This document shows positions 19,012 through 28,679 of a stretch of DNA of 64,000 bases, one piece after another (the first letter of the stretch is position 1; each line of letters starts with the position of its first letter). The stretch lies in NCBI GenBank assembly GCA_965222075.1, contig OZ244937.1, positions 4,832,001 through 4,896,000 on the forward strand, read 5' to 3'. Origin of the DNA: Candidatus Latescibacterota bacterium. Its GTDB lineage: Bacteria > Latescibacterota > UBA2968 > GCA-2709665. A model generated the notes under the pieces. It saw nothing but the letters and a program-made list of their open reading frames with translations, made no database searches and was not told the DNA's origin. The position numbers and the translations under genes are program-made.

Positions 19012-19848
19012 CTATACTGCCATCTCTGCTTTGATCGCCGGGTGATGCTTGTAGTCGATCAGTTTGAAATCACCATAGACGAAATCGTCGATCGTTTTCT
19101 GCCCCCTGTCTTCGATGTGGAGCCGGGGGAGCGGATAGGGCGTTCGACTCAGCTGCTCGCGCACTGCGTTGATGTGATTCAGATAGATGTGCACGTCTCC
19201 CAGGGTGTGGATGAATTCATAAGGCTCCAGATGGGTGAGTTGGGCCACCATGTGGAGCAGGAGCGAATAGGAGGCGATGTTCAACGGGACGCCTAAGAAC
19301 ATGTCGCAGGAGCGCTGGTACATCTGGAGAGAAAGCCGGTTCCCCGCTACATAAAACTGGAAGAAAGTATGGCAGGGAGGCAAGGCAACGTCTTGGGGGC
19401 CGACTTCGGCGGCGTTCCAGGCGTTGACCATGATCCTGCGGGAGTCGGAATCGGTTTTAATGGTGTCGATCGCTTCTTGAAGTTGATCAACGGTTCTGTC
19501 CACGCCCCGCCAGTTCCTCCACTGCGCGCCGTAGATTCTGCCCATTGACCCATCGTTTTCCGGTTGTCCGGTTCTTTTCAGGTAGTCCTGATAGTTGCCA
19601 TCCCACAGACTGTTGTTGGGGTAAAGGCTTTTGAGGTCGTAGATGTTGTCGGACCCGGAGATAAACCAGAGGAGTTCGGTGACCATGGACCTCCAGACGA
19701 GCCGTTTGGTGGTGACCGCCGGGAATCCGTCGACCATTCCGTACCTGGCCTGAAGCCCGAAGCCTGAAATGGTTCCGACCCCTGTTCTATCTTTTTTTTG
19801 CGTGCCGTGGCTCAGGATGTACTGGAGCTGGTCCAAGTATTGTTTCAT
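19012..19848 (-). CDS. thyA: Thymidylate synthase
   Basis: DRTGVGT, ELLWFI, YGAQWR, ALPPCH, YQRSCDMFLGVP.NIASY. Confidence 0.97.
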   Translation of the reverse strand: MKQYLDQLQYILSHGTQKKDRTGVGTISGFGLQARYGMVDGFPAVTTKRLVWRSMVTELLWFISGSDNIYDLKSLYPNNSLWDGNYQDYLKRTGQPENDGSMGRIYGAQWRNWRGVDRTVDQLQEAIDTIKTDSDSRRIMVNAWNAAEVGPQDVALPPCHTFFQFYVAGNRLSLQMYQRSCDMFLGVPLNIASYSLLLHMVAQLTHLEPYEFIHTLGDVHIYLNHINAVREQLSRTPYPLPRLHIEDRGQKTIDDFVYGDFKLIDYKHHPAIKAEMAV

Positions 19849-19905
19849 TTCAGGCTCTTCGTAAGGCTGATGACCACCGATGACCACGGGTAGGGGCCAA
19901 AAGCT

Positions 19906-20382
19906 TTAGCGGTTAGCGGGCGTTTTTCTTTTGTATACCACGAAAACGAACTCGGGGTGGTCTTTCTCTTTTGTGATTTCCCACTCGGTCTGGTCGAATT
20001 CGGGGAAGTAGGTGTCTCCGTCGTAGTCTTTTTTGATGTAGGAGAGGTACATTTTGTCCGCAAGGGGGAGGGCCTGGCGGTAGACCTCGCTGCCGCCGAA
20101 GATGAAGCTTTCTTTTTCGCAGGACCGGGCTTTCTGGATGGCGTCTTCGAAGGTTTTGCAGACGTGGATGCCTTCGGTTTCGGGGAGGGTGCGGCTGATG
20201 ACGATGTTTTTTCTCCCGGGGAGGGGACGGCTGCCCAGAGATTCGAAGGTTTTGCGGCCCATGATAAGGGTGTTGCCCATGGTGAGCCTCCGTAACTGTC
20301 TGCTTTCTTCGGAGATGTGCCAGGGCATGGCATTGTTATTGCCGACCACCCGATTCCTGGTCATGGCTGCGATGATGATCAT
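19906..20382 (-). CDS. folA: Dihydrofolate reductase
   Basis: MPWH, IMGRKTFES, PLPGRKNIVISR, FGGSEVY, GDTYFP. Confidence 0.95.
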   Translation of the reverse strand: MIIIAAMTRNRVVGNNNAMPWHISEESRQLRRLTMGNTLIMGRKTFESLGSRPLPGRKNIVISRTLPETEGIHVCKTFEDAIQKARSCEKESFIFGGSEVYRQALPLADKMYLSYIKKDYDGDTYFPEFDQTEWEITKEKDHPEFVFVVYKRKTPANR

Positions 20383-21734
20383 GGCCTGACCTCGTTTTTC
20401 AGCGGGGGCGCGATGTGAAGGAGCGGTGGGGGAGAGGTTGTCCGGCCGATGAGGTCGTATTCGAGGGCACCGGTGATTTCGACCTCTGCGAACTCGCCGA
20501 TTTGCGCCGGGCCGGTGAGGGTGACTTCCCCGTCGATTTCGGGTGCGTCCATTCGGGTGCGTCCGATGAGGTCGAAGGCGGGGTCTTCGGAGACTCTGTC
20601 GACCAGGACCTGGAAGGTTTGTCCGACAAATCCCTGGTTGATTTCAGCAGAGATGGCCGCCTGAAGGTCCAGAATGCGGTCGAGGCGTTCCCGCTTTTCC
20701 TCCTCGAATACGTCGTCGATCATGAGCCCTGCGGATGTGCCCTCTTCGTGGGAGTAGAGGAAGCCCACGAGGCGGTTGAACCGGATTTCGTCGATGAAGT
20801 CCAGCAGTTCCCGGACGTGTTCTTCCCGTTCGCCGGGGAATCCGGCGATGACGGACGTCCGGACCGTGAGATTGGGCACACGCTCCCGGAGCGTTCGGAT
20901 GAGTTTTCGGATGCCGGCCTTTGTGGTGCTTCGGTTCATGGCCTTGAGGATGGGATCGGAGGCGTGCTGGATGGGCATATCGACATAGGCACAGAGCTTC
21001 TCTTCGGCCGCCAGCAGGTCGATCAGGTCCTCACGCCAGCCGGTGGGGTAGGTGTAGAGGAGGCGGACCCATTTGAGGCCGTCGATTTTGACAAGCTCCC
21101 GGACCAGGTCCACAAGCCGGGGCCGCCCGTAGATGTCGGCGCCGTAGCGCATGGTGTCCTGGGCGACCAGGGCGATTTCTTTGACCCCGCCGGCGACCAT
21201 CCGGAAGGCTTCTGCGACGAGTACTTCGATAGACTCACTCCGGTTGGGGCCCTTGAAGCCGGGGATGGCGCAGAAGGCGCAGGTCCGGTCGCAGCCGTCG
21301 GAGATCCGGAGGTAGGCCCAGTGGTTCGGGGTGAGGAGGAAGCGCGACGCATCGCCTCTGAGTGTCTGCGCCCGGGATACCCCCAAAAGCCGGTCGCAGT
21401 GGGCCACGATGTCCCGCTCGCCGGCCAGGCCGACGATCAGGTCGGCTTCGGTGAGTTCCGCCTCGAGTTCATCCCGGTAGCGCTCGGCCAGGCAGCCCGT
21501 GACGATCAGGCCTTTGCAGTTTCCGCTTTCTTTGTAATCTGCGGCCTCCAGGGCCGTGGCGATGGATTCTTCTTTTGCAGGTTGAATAAACCCGCAGGTG
21601 TTGACGACGATCAGGTCGGCGTCTTCTGAAGACTCGGTAAGGGCATAGCCGTTGCGTTCCAGCAGCCGGTGCATCCGTTCGGAGTCTACGGTGTTTTTGG
21701 GACATCCGAGGGTGATGAGGTTGACTTTGTGCAT
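20379..21734 (-). CDS. rimO: Ribosomal protein S12 methylthiotransferase
   Basis: LGCPKNTVDSE, NTCGFI, CDRTCAFC radical-SAM motif, DAPEIDG TRAM domain. Confidence 0.93.
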   Translation of the reverse strand: MHKVNLITLGCPKNTVDSERMHRLLERNGYALTESSEDADLIVVNTCGFIQPAKEESIATALEAADYKESGNCKGLIVTGCLAERYRDELEAELTEADLIVGLAGERDIVAHCDRLLGVSRAQTLRGDASRFLLTPNHWAYLRISDGCDRTCAFCAIPGFKGPNRSESIEVLVAEAFRMVAGGVKEIALVAQDTMRYGADIYGRPRLVDLVRELVKIDGLKWVRLLYTYPTGWREDLIDLLAAEEKLCAYVDMPIQHASDPILKAMNRSTTKAGIRKLIRTLRERVPNLTVRTSVIAGFPGEREEHVRELLDFIDEIRFNRLVGFLYSHEEGTSAGLMIDDVFEEEKRERLDRILDLQAAISAEINQGFVGQTFQVLVDRVSEDPAFDLIGRTRMDAPEIDGEVTLTGPAQIGEFAEVEITGALEYDLIGRTTSPPPLLHIAPPLKNEVRP

Positions 21735-21934
21735 ATGCTTGAAGTGTCCGTAGATTTTTTTATCGACTGCTCTCGCCGGATTTGACATTCCAGGTCAAGC
21801 GGAGATTTCTGATGCCGGTGTGTCTGCACGGTACTGGAGAAATGATCGGATAAGAAGCCCTTTTTGTCAAGCCTGAAGATCCCGGGGCAAAGTCCACAGC
21901 AGGGACGGCGGCCGATATTTGGGCCAAAAAACCC

Positions 21935-21962
21935 TTGCCTTTTTGACCCGACCCTGTATATT
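21935..21962 (+). promoter_or_regulatory. Putative rpmB promoter
   Basis: TTGCCT-16-TATATT upstream of the AGGAGG RBS. Confidence 0.45.
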
Positions 21963-22007
21963 TTACGTCTCTGCATAGTGTTCAGGGTTTAACAGGAGGC
22001 GATCAGG

Positions 22008-22199
22008 ATGGCAGCCAGGTGTGAAATCTGCGGGAAGGGGTCGATGGTTGGGAATCACGTCAGCCACGCGAACAACAAAGTGAAGCGCCGGTTCAACCCC
22101 AATCTGAGACGCGTGCGTGCGGTTGTGGATGGGTCGCCCAAACGGATTAAGGTCTGCACAACGTGTATCAAGCTGGGTCTCGTGGTGAAAGCCGCATAG
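22008..22199 (+). CDS. rpmB: 50S ribosomal protein L28 (Zn-binding form)
   Basis: [32 protein letters not shown]. Confidence 0.97.
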   Translation: MAARCEICGKGSMVGNHVSHANNKVKRRFNPNLRRVRAVVDGSPKRIKVCTTCIKLGLVVKAA

Positions 22200-22229
22200 G
22201 GAATGGGCCGATCACGATGGTTCGGTGTG

Positions 22230-22261
22230 AAAACTCACCTTGAGTGAAAGGTGAGTTTTTT
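22230..22261 (+). terminator. Intrinsic terminator after rpmB
   Basis: AAAACTCACCTT-GAGTGA-AAGGTGAGTTTTTT. Confidence 0.8.
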
Positions 22262-22300
22262 CGTTGGGCATGGGTGGGTTTATTAACCGGAAAGTGACCT

Positions 22301-24493
22301 ATGGACTATTTTCACAGCAAGCGGTTCTTAGACACGCTGCAGGACTGGGAGCGGGGGGGCGCGCCCCTGGGCCCTCTGGAGGACTATTTGCCCCGCATGA
22401 GGGCGCTGCTGAGCCGCTTAGACGATCCGCAGGCGCAATATACCTCCATTATTGTGGGGGGGACGGACGGCAAGGGGACGGTGGGCAGCCTGCTGGCGGC
22501 GCTTTTGCACGCGGCAGGCCGGGGGGTCGGGCTTTATATCTCACCCGATCTGCATACCATACGGGAGCGGGTGCAGGTGGATGGAAAGGTGGTGGCGAAG
22601 GATCTCTGGGCCGAGGGGGTGACCCACCTGTATGAGAAGAGCAGGGATTTCGAACGGGAGGGGTACGGCGCGTTCAGCAGGTTTGAGGCCCTCACGGCCC
22701 TGGGGGCCCATCTGTTTGCCCGGGAGGGCGTGGACTACGGGATTTTCGAAGTGGGGTTGGGCGGACGGTACGACGCTACAAATGCCTGGGATTCCGATCT
22801 GGCGGTCCTCACGCCGATTCACCTGGACCACACGGATGTGCTGGGAGAGAGGCTGGAGGAGATCGCCGCGGATAAGTTTACCATTGCCCGGCCGAAGCGG
22901 CCGCTGTTTACCACAGCGTCTCAGGCGCCGGAGGTCTTAGCATACCTCCGGCGGCAGAGCGAGCGGAGCGGGGTGGACCTCTACGTTGTGGGCGCCGGGG
23001 GTGTGGACGCTCCTGCGGGGCGGGCAGGCCTTGTCCTCCCTTCGATTACAGAGGCGTTGCCGGATCGCGCTTCCACCTACATCCGGAATGTCCGCCTGGC
23101 CACAGCCGCCGGGCGCTACCTTCTGGGGGAGGCGCTTGGGGAGGCGCTTGTCCGGGAGACAGTGGAGGCCCACCAGTGGCCGGGGCGGTTCGAGGTGGTG
23201 CGAAAGGATCCCTGGATTCTGCTGGATGGGGCGCACAACCCTGCGGCCGCTGCCGCACTGGTGGAAGACCTTCGAGGTATTTCGCAGCAGTGGACGTTTG
23301 TCGTAGGGGTAAATGCAGGACACGATGCGGCCGGTATTTTGCAGGCCATCCGGCCGATTGCAAAGGAAGTTATCCTGACGGAGTCAGGCCATCCAAAGGC
23401 GATTCCGGCCAGGGTGCTGCGGCAATACCTGCACGGAGGGATTTCCGCCCGGTGTGCGTCTGACCGCCTGGAGGCCCTCAAACGGGAGGTGTCCGGTTTA
23501 AAGGCGGGCGATTGTCTCTGCGTGATCGGATCGCTTTACCTGGTTGCCCAGGCGCGAGATGTGCTCAACCTCCCGGGCGAGCGGGACGGGTTCAGTGAAG
23601 ACGTGATCCTGGAGAGCCTGAGATGCGTAGAAGCGGCCTGTCAGAATCTGGGAGTGGCATATACGGCGGTTTCGGAAGACGGAAATGTGCTGCGCCTCAT
23701 CCGGAACGGCAGGCCCGTTTACTTTTTACGCAATAAGCACCCGTTTAACGATTACGTCGGGGCGCGTCTGGCAGAGGATAAGGCGTATCAGTACGAACTG
23801 TTTCTGCAGGCAGGCCTTCGGGTTCCTTATACGCTGAAGGTCTTCAATCCCCTTGCAGCCCCCCGATTTGACCGCTATAAGACCCATTCCTCTGTGGATG
23901 CTATTGTGGAGGATGTCGAGCGGCAGTTTACCTATCCGGTGGTGGTGAAGCGAAAGCGGGGCTCTATGGGGCAGGGGGTGTACCTGGAGACGAACCGCTT
24001 TGGTCTGAAGCAGCGCCTGCAGGCGTTGTGTGAAAACAGCGGCTACTTAGATAATGTCTTTCTGGTCCAGGCCGTTGTGAGCGGTCCGGAGTACCGTATT
24101 GTGGCCAGCCAGGGGGATCTACTTCTGGCCTATGAAAAGAGAAACGACCTGGGCGGGGAATCGGAGGATTTAAATCCTCTGCACCGGGCCGGCGGACGTG
24201 CGGTGCGGGTCGCCGACCCCGGCCTGCACAGTTCGATGGAGGAGGTTGTAAAGGGGATTGCACAGGTTATTGACCTGGGATTTTACGCCATCGATCTGAT
24301 TCTGGCCGAAGATGGGTTCTCCGTTCTGGAGATCAATCCCAACCCGATCTGCTATTTTTACAATTCGCACAACAGCCGTTCGGATTTTGTGCGTATTTAC
24401 GAGTGGTTGATCCGCAAGTATCTGATGGAAGGGGACCGGAGCGAGTTGGAGCGGCCGGATATCGGGCTGGCGGTTGCAGCAAGGGGCGATTGA
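22301..24493 (+). CDS. folC: Folylpolyglutamate/dihydrofolate synthase fused to C-terminal ATP-grasp domain
   Basis: FolC: GGTDGKGTV, EVGLGGRYDATN, DHTDVLG, WPGRFE, LDGAHNP, IGSLYLV. ATP-grasp: AEDK..AGLRVP, YPVVVK..GSMGQGV, EYRIV, AIDLI, VLEINPNP. Confidence 0.9.
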   Translation: MDYFHSKRFLDTLQDWERGGAPLGPLEDYLPRMRALLSRLDDPQAQYTSIIVGGTDGKGTVGSLLAALLHAAGRGVGLYISPDLHTIRERVQVDGKVVAKDLWAEGVTHLYEKSRDFEREGYGAFSRFEALTALGAHLFAREGVDYGIFEVGLGGRYDATNAWDSDLAVLTPIHLDHTDVLGERLEEIAADKFTIARPKRPLFTTASQAPEVLAYLRRQSERSGVDLYVVGAGGVDAPAGRAGLVLPSITEALPDRASTYIRNVRLATAAGRYLLGEALGEALVRETVEAHQWPGRFEVVRKDPWILLDGAHNPAAAAALVEDLRGISQQWTFVVGVNAGHDAAGILQAIRPIAKEVILTESGHPKAIPARVLRQYLHGGISARCASDRLEALKREVSGLKAGDCLCVIGSLYLVAQARDVLNLPGERDGFSEDVILESLRCVEAACQNLGVAYTAVSEDGNVLRLIRNGRPVYFLRNKHPFNDYVGARLAEDKAYQYELFLQAGLRVPYTLKVFNPLAAPRFDRYKTHSSVDAIVEDVERQFTYPVVVKRKRGSMGQGVYLETNRFGLKQRLQALCENSGYLDNVFLVQAVVSGPEYRIVASQGDLLLAYEKRNDLGGESEDLNPLHRAGGRAVRVADPGLHSSMEEVVKGIAQVIDLGFYAIDLILAEDGFSVLEINPNPICYFYNSHNSRSDFVRIYEWLIRKYLMEGDRSELERPDIGLAVAARGD

Positions 24494-24564
24494 GTTGGAA
24501 AAAGGGATAAAGACTGGCCCACCAGGGTCCGCATCGAGTTCGGGTTTTTACCGTGTCCTCCGTG

Positions 24565-27500
24565 TTAAACCTTCACCGGAACCATGCGGTGTGCTTTGGG
24601 CTGGAATTCGCAGCCGGTGAGCAGGCGAGTCAGGGTGTTGGTGATTCGGAGGGTGACCCGGTTTTTCCCCTGCTTCAACCAGGTGGTCTCACCCGTCCAG
24701 TGGTAGGGCGCCCAGGCCCGCACGCCGAGCGAATGGCCGTTGATCTGGACTTCGACGATATCCGAAACGTCTTTGAACGCCTTTTCCAGGGAGATGACAA
24801 AGTGTCTGGTTTTGGGGCACTCCGGGAAGACCACATGCCGCGTATAGGCCACTGTGCCGGCGTAGAAGGGCATCCTCAGATCATCTAAGCGGCCTAAAGG
24901 CCCCTTCTCAACCGGAGCGGTCAGGCGCAGATAGTGGCTTCGCCAGTGATTTACCCCAAAACGCCCGAAGAGGTAGAAGGCGTCCACAAGCCCTTCCGTG
25001 AGTTCGCCCGCCTCCACGCGGACGGCGAGCACGTTCTTGCCCTTTGACACGCGGCGCCCCAGGGCAGAGGTGACATTGGCGTGATCGTACCGAAAGGTGG
25101 GGCGGAAGGTATTGCTGGGCATCTGAGAGCCGTTGAGGTAGATCTGATGGTTTCCAAGAATCGCACTCCGGTCCATCACCAGGGCCAGTTTGCCGGGCGT
25201 CGTATCGGCCAAAAATGCCGTTCGGAACCAGCAGACCAGCGGCAGCTCAATCTCGGTTTTGAGCGGCAGGCCGGGGCCGTCCGAAGCCAGGCTGATGGGC
25301 AGATTGGAAAAGGTAGAGAGTTCCCGGATCTGTTCTACAAGGGGCTTGGGCTCCACAATCAGCCAGCGGCTGTCCCTGTAGTCCGGTTCGTGCCATCCCT
25401 GCTTTATGCCTCTGTTCTGAGGGTCAATCTGCATCCGGAAGCGGTCCAACCGCAGGGCATTGTCTTCTTCGGGATCGACTTTCCAGGGACCACTCAGATC
25501 GAGGGGGAGCTGCTCGGGGGCTTCCAGCCTGCAGGACGTTTGCGCTTTGCCTTCTGAAACCACAATGAGATGGGACTGCAAGCGCTCGAAGGAGAGATCG
25601 ATTGTGAGCCGATTTCCCTCCCTCACAGCGGGCAGGGACGCACGCCGACCGGTTTCGAGGTCCCACCGCTCTACCTTGTTCTGTTTGGAGGGGACCTGCA
25701 GGCCGATCCGGGAATTGAAAGCAACCTGGGAGGTGTTGGTCAGGAAGTAGATCTGTTCCTTTCCGTCCTGCCGTTGATGGCACAGAAGCGTCAATGCGCC
25801 CTTTTTGTCGGTCTCCACGATGACCCGCCGGGGTAGAATCTGGTCGAGGAGGTCGCCCATCGCCCTTGCCCCCAGGTTTTTCTCCACAGATCCCCCCGTC
25901 CGGATCAGATAGAGATTCCCCCGCTGTACAACGTGCACGCCGAATTCGTGCCCGATGTAGTCCCGGATCATCCGGGCCGGTTCCATGTCGGTCATCCGGG
26001 ATAGGGCCTCGACCACCGAGGGGCCATCCTGGATATCTTCGATGGGCAACAGGCCCAGACAGATCACTTTCCCCCCGGCGTTGATAAATTCTCGGAGGCG
26101 TTCAAATGCGCCCCGTTCCAGGTTGGTGATGGGGGGAATGACCAGGACATCGTAGCGGCCGTTGCCCACATGGAGGCGTCCACCGACCACCCTGGCCTGT
26201 TGCAGCATTTCCGGGTCGAGGCAGTCGTAATCGCGCTGCATATAGCTGAGGGACGCCTTCAGGTAGGCCCAGTCTGCGACCAGCCGCGCCGTCAGTTTTT
26301 CTTCATCGGGATCGTAACCCACATAACGCCAGCCCAGGCCTGGGTGTCCCAGGTGGGCCCAGAGGCTTGTGGCCGGATCGAGCAGGGCAAGGTCGGCCAC
26401 GTGCCGTCCCCGGCTGAGCGTATAAGAGATCCGCCCCACATAGTCGGCCAGGAGCCGGAAGTGTTTCCAGTAGGGATTCTGGTGGAACTGGGAGGGGGGA
26501 GCATCGTGTTTGCGCAGGCCGTCCAGGGTGTAGAAAAAGGCGTGGAAGTTAAACAGGTTACACCCCAGGGCCCCCAGCCGGTCGATGGTCCATTTCATGT
26601 CCTGCAGGGTCAGGGACCAGCCCGTGCCGTGAAAGCAGGTGTTGAATACCCGCTGTTTGTCCCTCTGATGCATCAGGGAGGAGGGGAATTTGGGATTCCA
26701 GCGGAATACCGCCGCGTGGTTTTCCCAACCCCTTATCTCTGAGGCGCCGACCTTCTCACGGCCTCCGCTTGTGCCGGGGATATGGACGTCGCTCTGGTGG
26801 GCGTTCCTGAAAACCGGCGCATCGGCTGCGTAGTGCACCCCCCGTTGGGCGCACCAGTCTGCGCAGGCCCTGTGGAAGTTGTCCCGCAGCAGTTCACTGA
26901 GGGTCTGGAAATAGTCGTAGCGAATACGCGTTGTGTGGGGCCCAAAACCGGCGATCAAGGCGGGGAGGCAGTCGAGGAGGTCGTATCCGTTGCGCTCCCG
27001 AAAGGCTTGGGGCAGAAAGGGAGACCAGGGCAACGGGCTTCTCTTGTAAGGGGGTGTCGTCGTTAGAATACCCGGGATTACGCTGCCGAAGTGCGCTCCC
27101 AGATGTGTTGCGTAGAGCTCGTATGTGGTTTCTATAAAATGTTCGACGGCCTTGGGGTTAAACGGGTCGAAATGGGTAGGCGCTTCAAACGCCTGCTGGA
27201 GAAAGACCAGCACCCGCCACCGACCCGTCGGCGCCTTCCAGAAGAGGCGATGCACCGGTTGCTGAGCAAAATACTGCTTGGGATGGTACTCCTTTCTGTC
27301 TGTGGATTCCCTGTAGACCTCCTGGCAGTGGTTGGAGCCGATGTAGCCGTTGATGTCTTCTGCATCTTCCCAGAGGCACCGGTCCCGTCTGAGGGGGACC
27401 GCAATCGCGCGCAATACCGTGGCCCACGGCAGTTCCATATCGACCTGCTGGCCTCCCTGAACCGTGGTTTCTCGGAAGGTAAGGTATTGCGCACGGTACT

Positions 27501-27819
27501 GCGGATATCCCAGGGTAATCCGTTCCCCACTCATCTCGCCCGGGTAGGGGTATCCATCCTGAAGCCAGACCTGGAGGCCGTGGGCCTGAGCGGTTTCTAT
27601 AGCCAGTTTGACCCGTTCGAACCAGACTTTGGAGAGGTATGGAATGTGCAGACCCGGGCGTGCGGAGAGACAAAAACCGCCGATCCCTTTCTCGCTCATC
27701 TCGCGGATCTGCCGGATGATTTCGCCCTCATCTATGGCGCTGTTCCAGAACCAGAAGGGGACGATCCGATACGCGGCCGGGGGGTTGACAAAGGCATTGG
27801 CGTTCATGGGGCGCTTCAC
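24565..27819 (-). CDS. GH106 (alpha-L-rhamnosidase)-like protein, possibly inactive
   Basis: PFWFWN, YLSKVWF, RIRYDY, HAFFYTL..RKHDAPPS, QNPYW, PFYAGTVAY, GVRAWAPY. Confidence 0.75.
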   Translation of the reverse strand: MKRPMNANAFVNPPAAYRIVPFWFWNSAIDEGEIIRQIREMSEKGIGGFCLSARPGLHIPYLSKVWFERVKLAIETAQAHGLQVWLQDGYPYPGEMSGERITLGYPQYRAQYLTFRETTVQGGQQVDMELPWATVLRAIAVPLRRDRCLWEDAEDINGYIGSNHCQEVYRESTDRKEYHPKQYFAQQPVHRLFWKAPTGRWRVLVFLQQAFEAPTHFDPFNPKAVEHFIETTYELYATHLGAHFGSVIPGILTTTPPYKRSPLPWSPFLPQAFRERNGYDLLDCLPALIAGFGPHTTRIRYDYFQTLSELLRDNFHRACADWCAQRGVHYAADAPVFRNAHQSDVHIPGTSGGREKVGASEIRGWENHAAVFRWNPKFPSSLMHQRDKQRVFNTCFHGTGWSLTLQDMKWTIDRLGALGCNLFNFHAFFYTLDGLRKHDAPPSQFHQNPYWKHFRLLADYVGRISYTLSRGRHVADLALLDPATSLWAHLGHPGLGWRYVGYDPDEEKLTARLVADWAYLKASLSYMQRDYDCLDPEMLQQARVVGGRLHVGNGRYDVLVIPPITNLERGAFERLREFINAGGKVICLGLLPIEDIQDGPSVVEALSRMTDMEPARMIRDYIGHEFGVHVVQRGNLYLIRTGGSVEKNLGARAMGDLLDQILPRRVIVETDKKGALTLLCHQRQDGKEQIYFLTNTSQVAFNSRIGLQVPSKQNKVERWDLETGRRASLPAVREGNRLTIDLSFERLQSHLIVVSEGKAQTSCRLEAPEQLPLDLSGPWKVDPEEDNALRLDRFRMQIDPQNRGIKQGWHEPDYRDSRWLIVEPKPLVEQIRELSTFSNLPISLASDGPGLPLKTEIELPLVCWFRTAFLADTTPGKLALVMDRSAILGNHQIYLNGSQMPSNTFRPTFRYDHANVTSALGRRVSKGKNVLAVRVEAGELTEGLVDAFYLFGRFGVNHWRSHYLRLTAPVEKGPLGRLDDLRMPFYAGTVAYTRHVVFPECPKTRHFVISLEKAFKDVSDIVEVQINGHSLGVRAWAPYHWTGETTWLKQGKNRVTLRITNTLTRLLTGCEFQPKAHRMVPVKV

Positions 27820-27831
27820 CTGACAGCAGGC

Positions 27832-28536
27832 CTATTTAACCTGTTCTTTTGCTGGTAGGATATCGAAGCCTAAGAAATCGGCATCAACCAGGGTTTTCTT
27901 TGCAGTCCAGAGAAGGATCGCGATCAGTACAAAGAGGATGAAGGCCAGGATATAGTTTCGGATTTGTCTGAGGCGTCTTCCCCGCCGCTGAGACCGCCCC
28001 CTGCGGGCCGTCTCCTCTCGTTCTCGCTGCAGGGCCTCTGCTTCTGCGCTGGGTGAAACTTGAGTGGGAAGAGGTTCGGGTAGCGCCTCCGGCGATGTGG
28101 CGGGAGGGGACGCGTGCGGACCCTGTTCGTTTTTAAGGCCTGCGACTGTCTCCCCCGAGACCACAGCCTGTTCCGCCAGCACCTGCTCCACGACGACCAG
28201 CAGGTCGTCCGTTTCAAAGGGTTTCTGGAGAAAGCCGTTGGCCCCCAGCCTGCTCAGATGCTCCATTTTCCCGGCGTCGATGTCAGAGGAGATCATGACG
28301 ACCGGCAGGTCTTTATTCAGTTCCCGGATAAACGCCAGGAGGGCTTCGCCCTGGACGGTGGGAAGGTAAAGGTCGAGGAGGACGAGATCGGGAGGCGTTT
28401 CCTGAAATTGGGCAATCGCCTCTGTCCACCGGGAGGCGGTGACGACCTGGAATCCCTGTTGGGAGAGGTAGGAGGTAACGGTTTCTAAGACATCCTGTTC
28501 GTCGTCCACAAGCAGAATAGTCCGGATGTTTTCCAC
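27832..28536 (-). CDS. Response-regulator receiver with Pro-rich linker and C-terminal TM helix
   Basis: LLVDDE, LVLLDLYLP, MISS, QKPF; Arg-rich stretch, then YILAFILFVLIAILLW. Confidence 0.85.
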   Translation of the reverse strand: MENIRTILLVDDEQDVLETVTSYLSQQGFQVVTASRWTEAIAQFQETPPDLVLLDLYLPTVQGEALLAFIRELNKDLPVVMISSDIDAGKMEHLSRLGANGFLQKPFETDDLLVVVEQVLAEQAVVSGETVAGLKNEQGPHASPPATSPEALPEPLPTQVSPSAEAEALQREREETARRGRSQRRGRRLRQIRNYILAFILFVLIAILLWTAKKTLVDADFLGFDILPAKEQVK

Positions 28537-28679
28537 TGTCCACCTCCCAAACTGTGGACCCCATCAGAAAAAGATCAGGGCGGTCCACTTCGGAAGCTTG
28601 GTTTGGATAGTTGAGATGATCGCCTTGCGGTCACCCGGAATGGGGCCCCTGTGTTGTTTTTCACATGGTATTCTGAGCA

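Noticed and set aside
21782-21798. TTGAC-N7-GTCAA palindrome upstream of rimO
   Set aside because: Single copy; it could simply be two opposed -35-like hexamers, and no regulator can be assigned.
22301-24493. Cyanophycin synthetase call
   Set aside because: Domain order is reversed and the Mur-fold half carries FolC-specific motifs.
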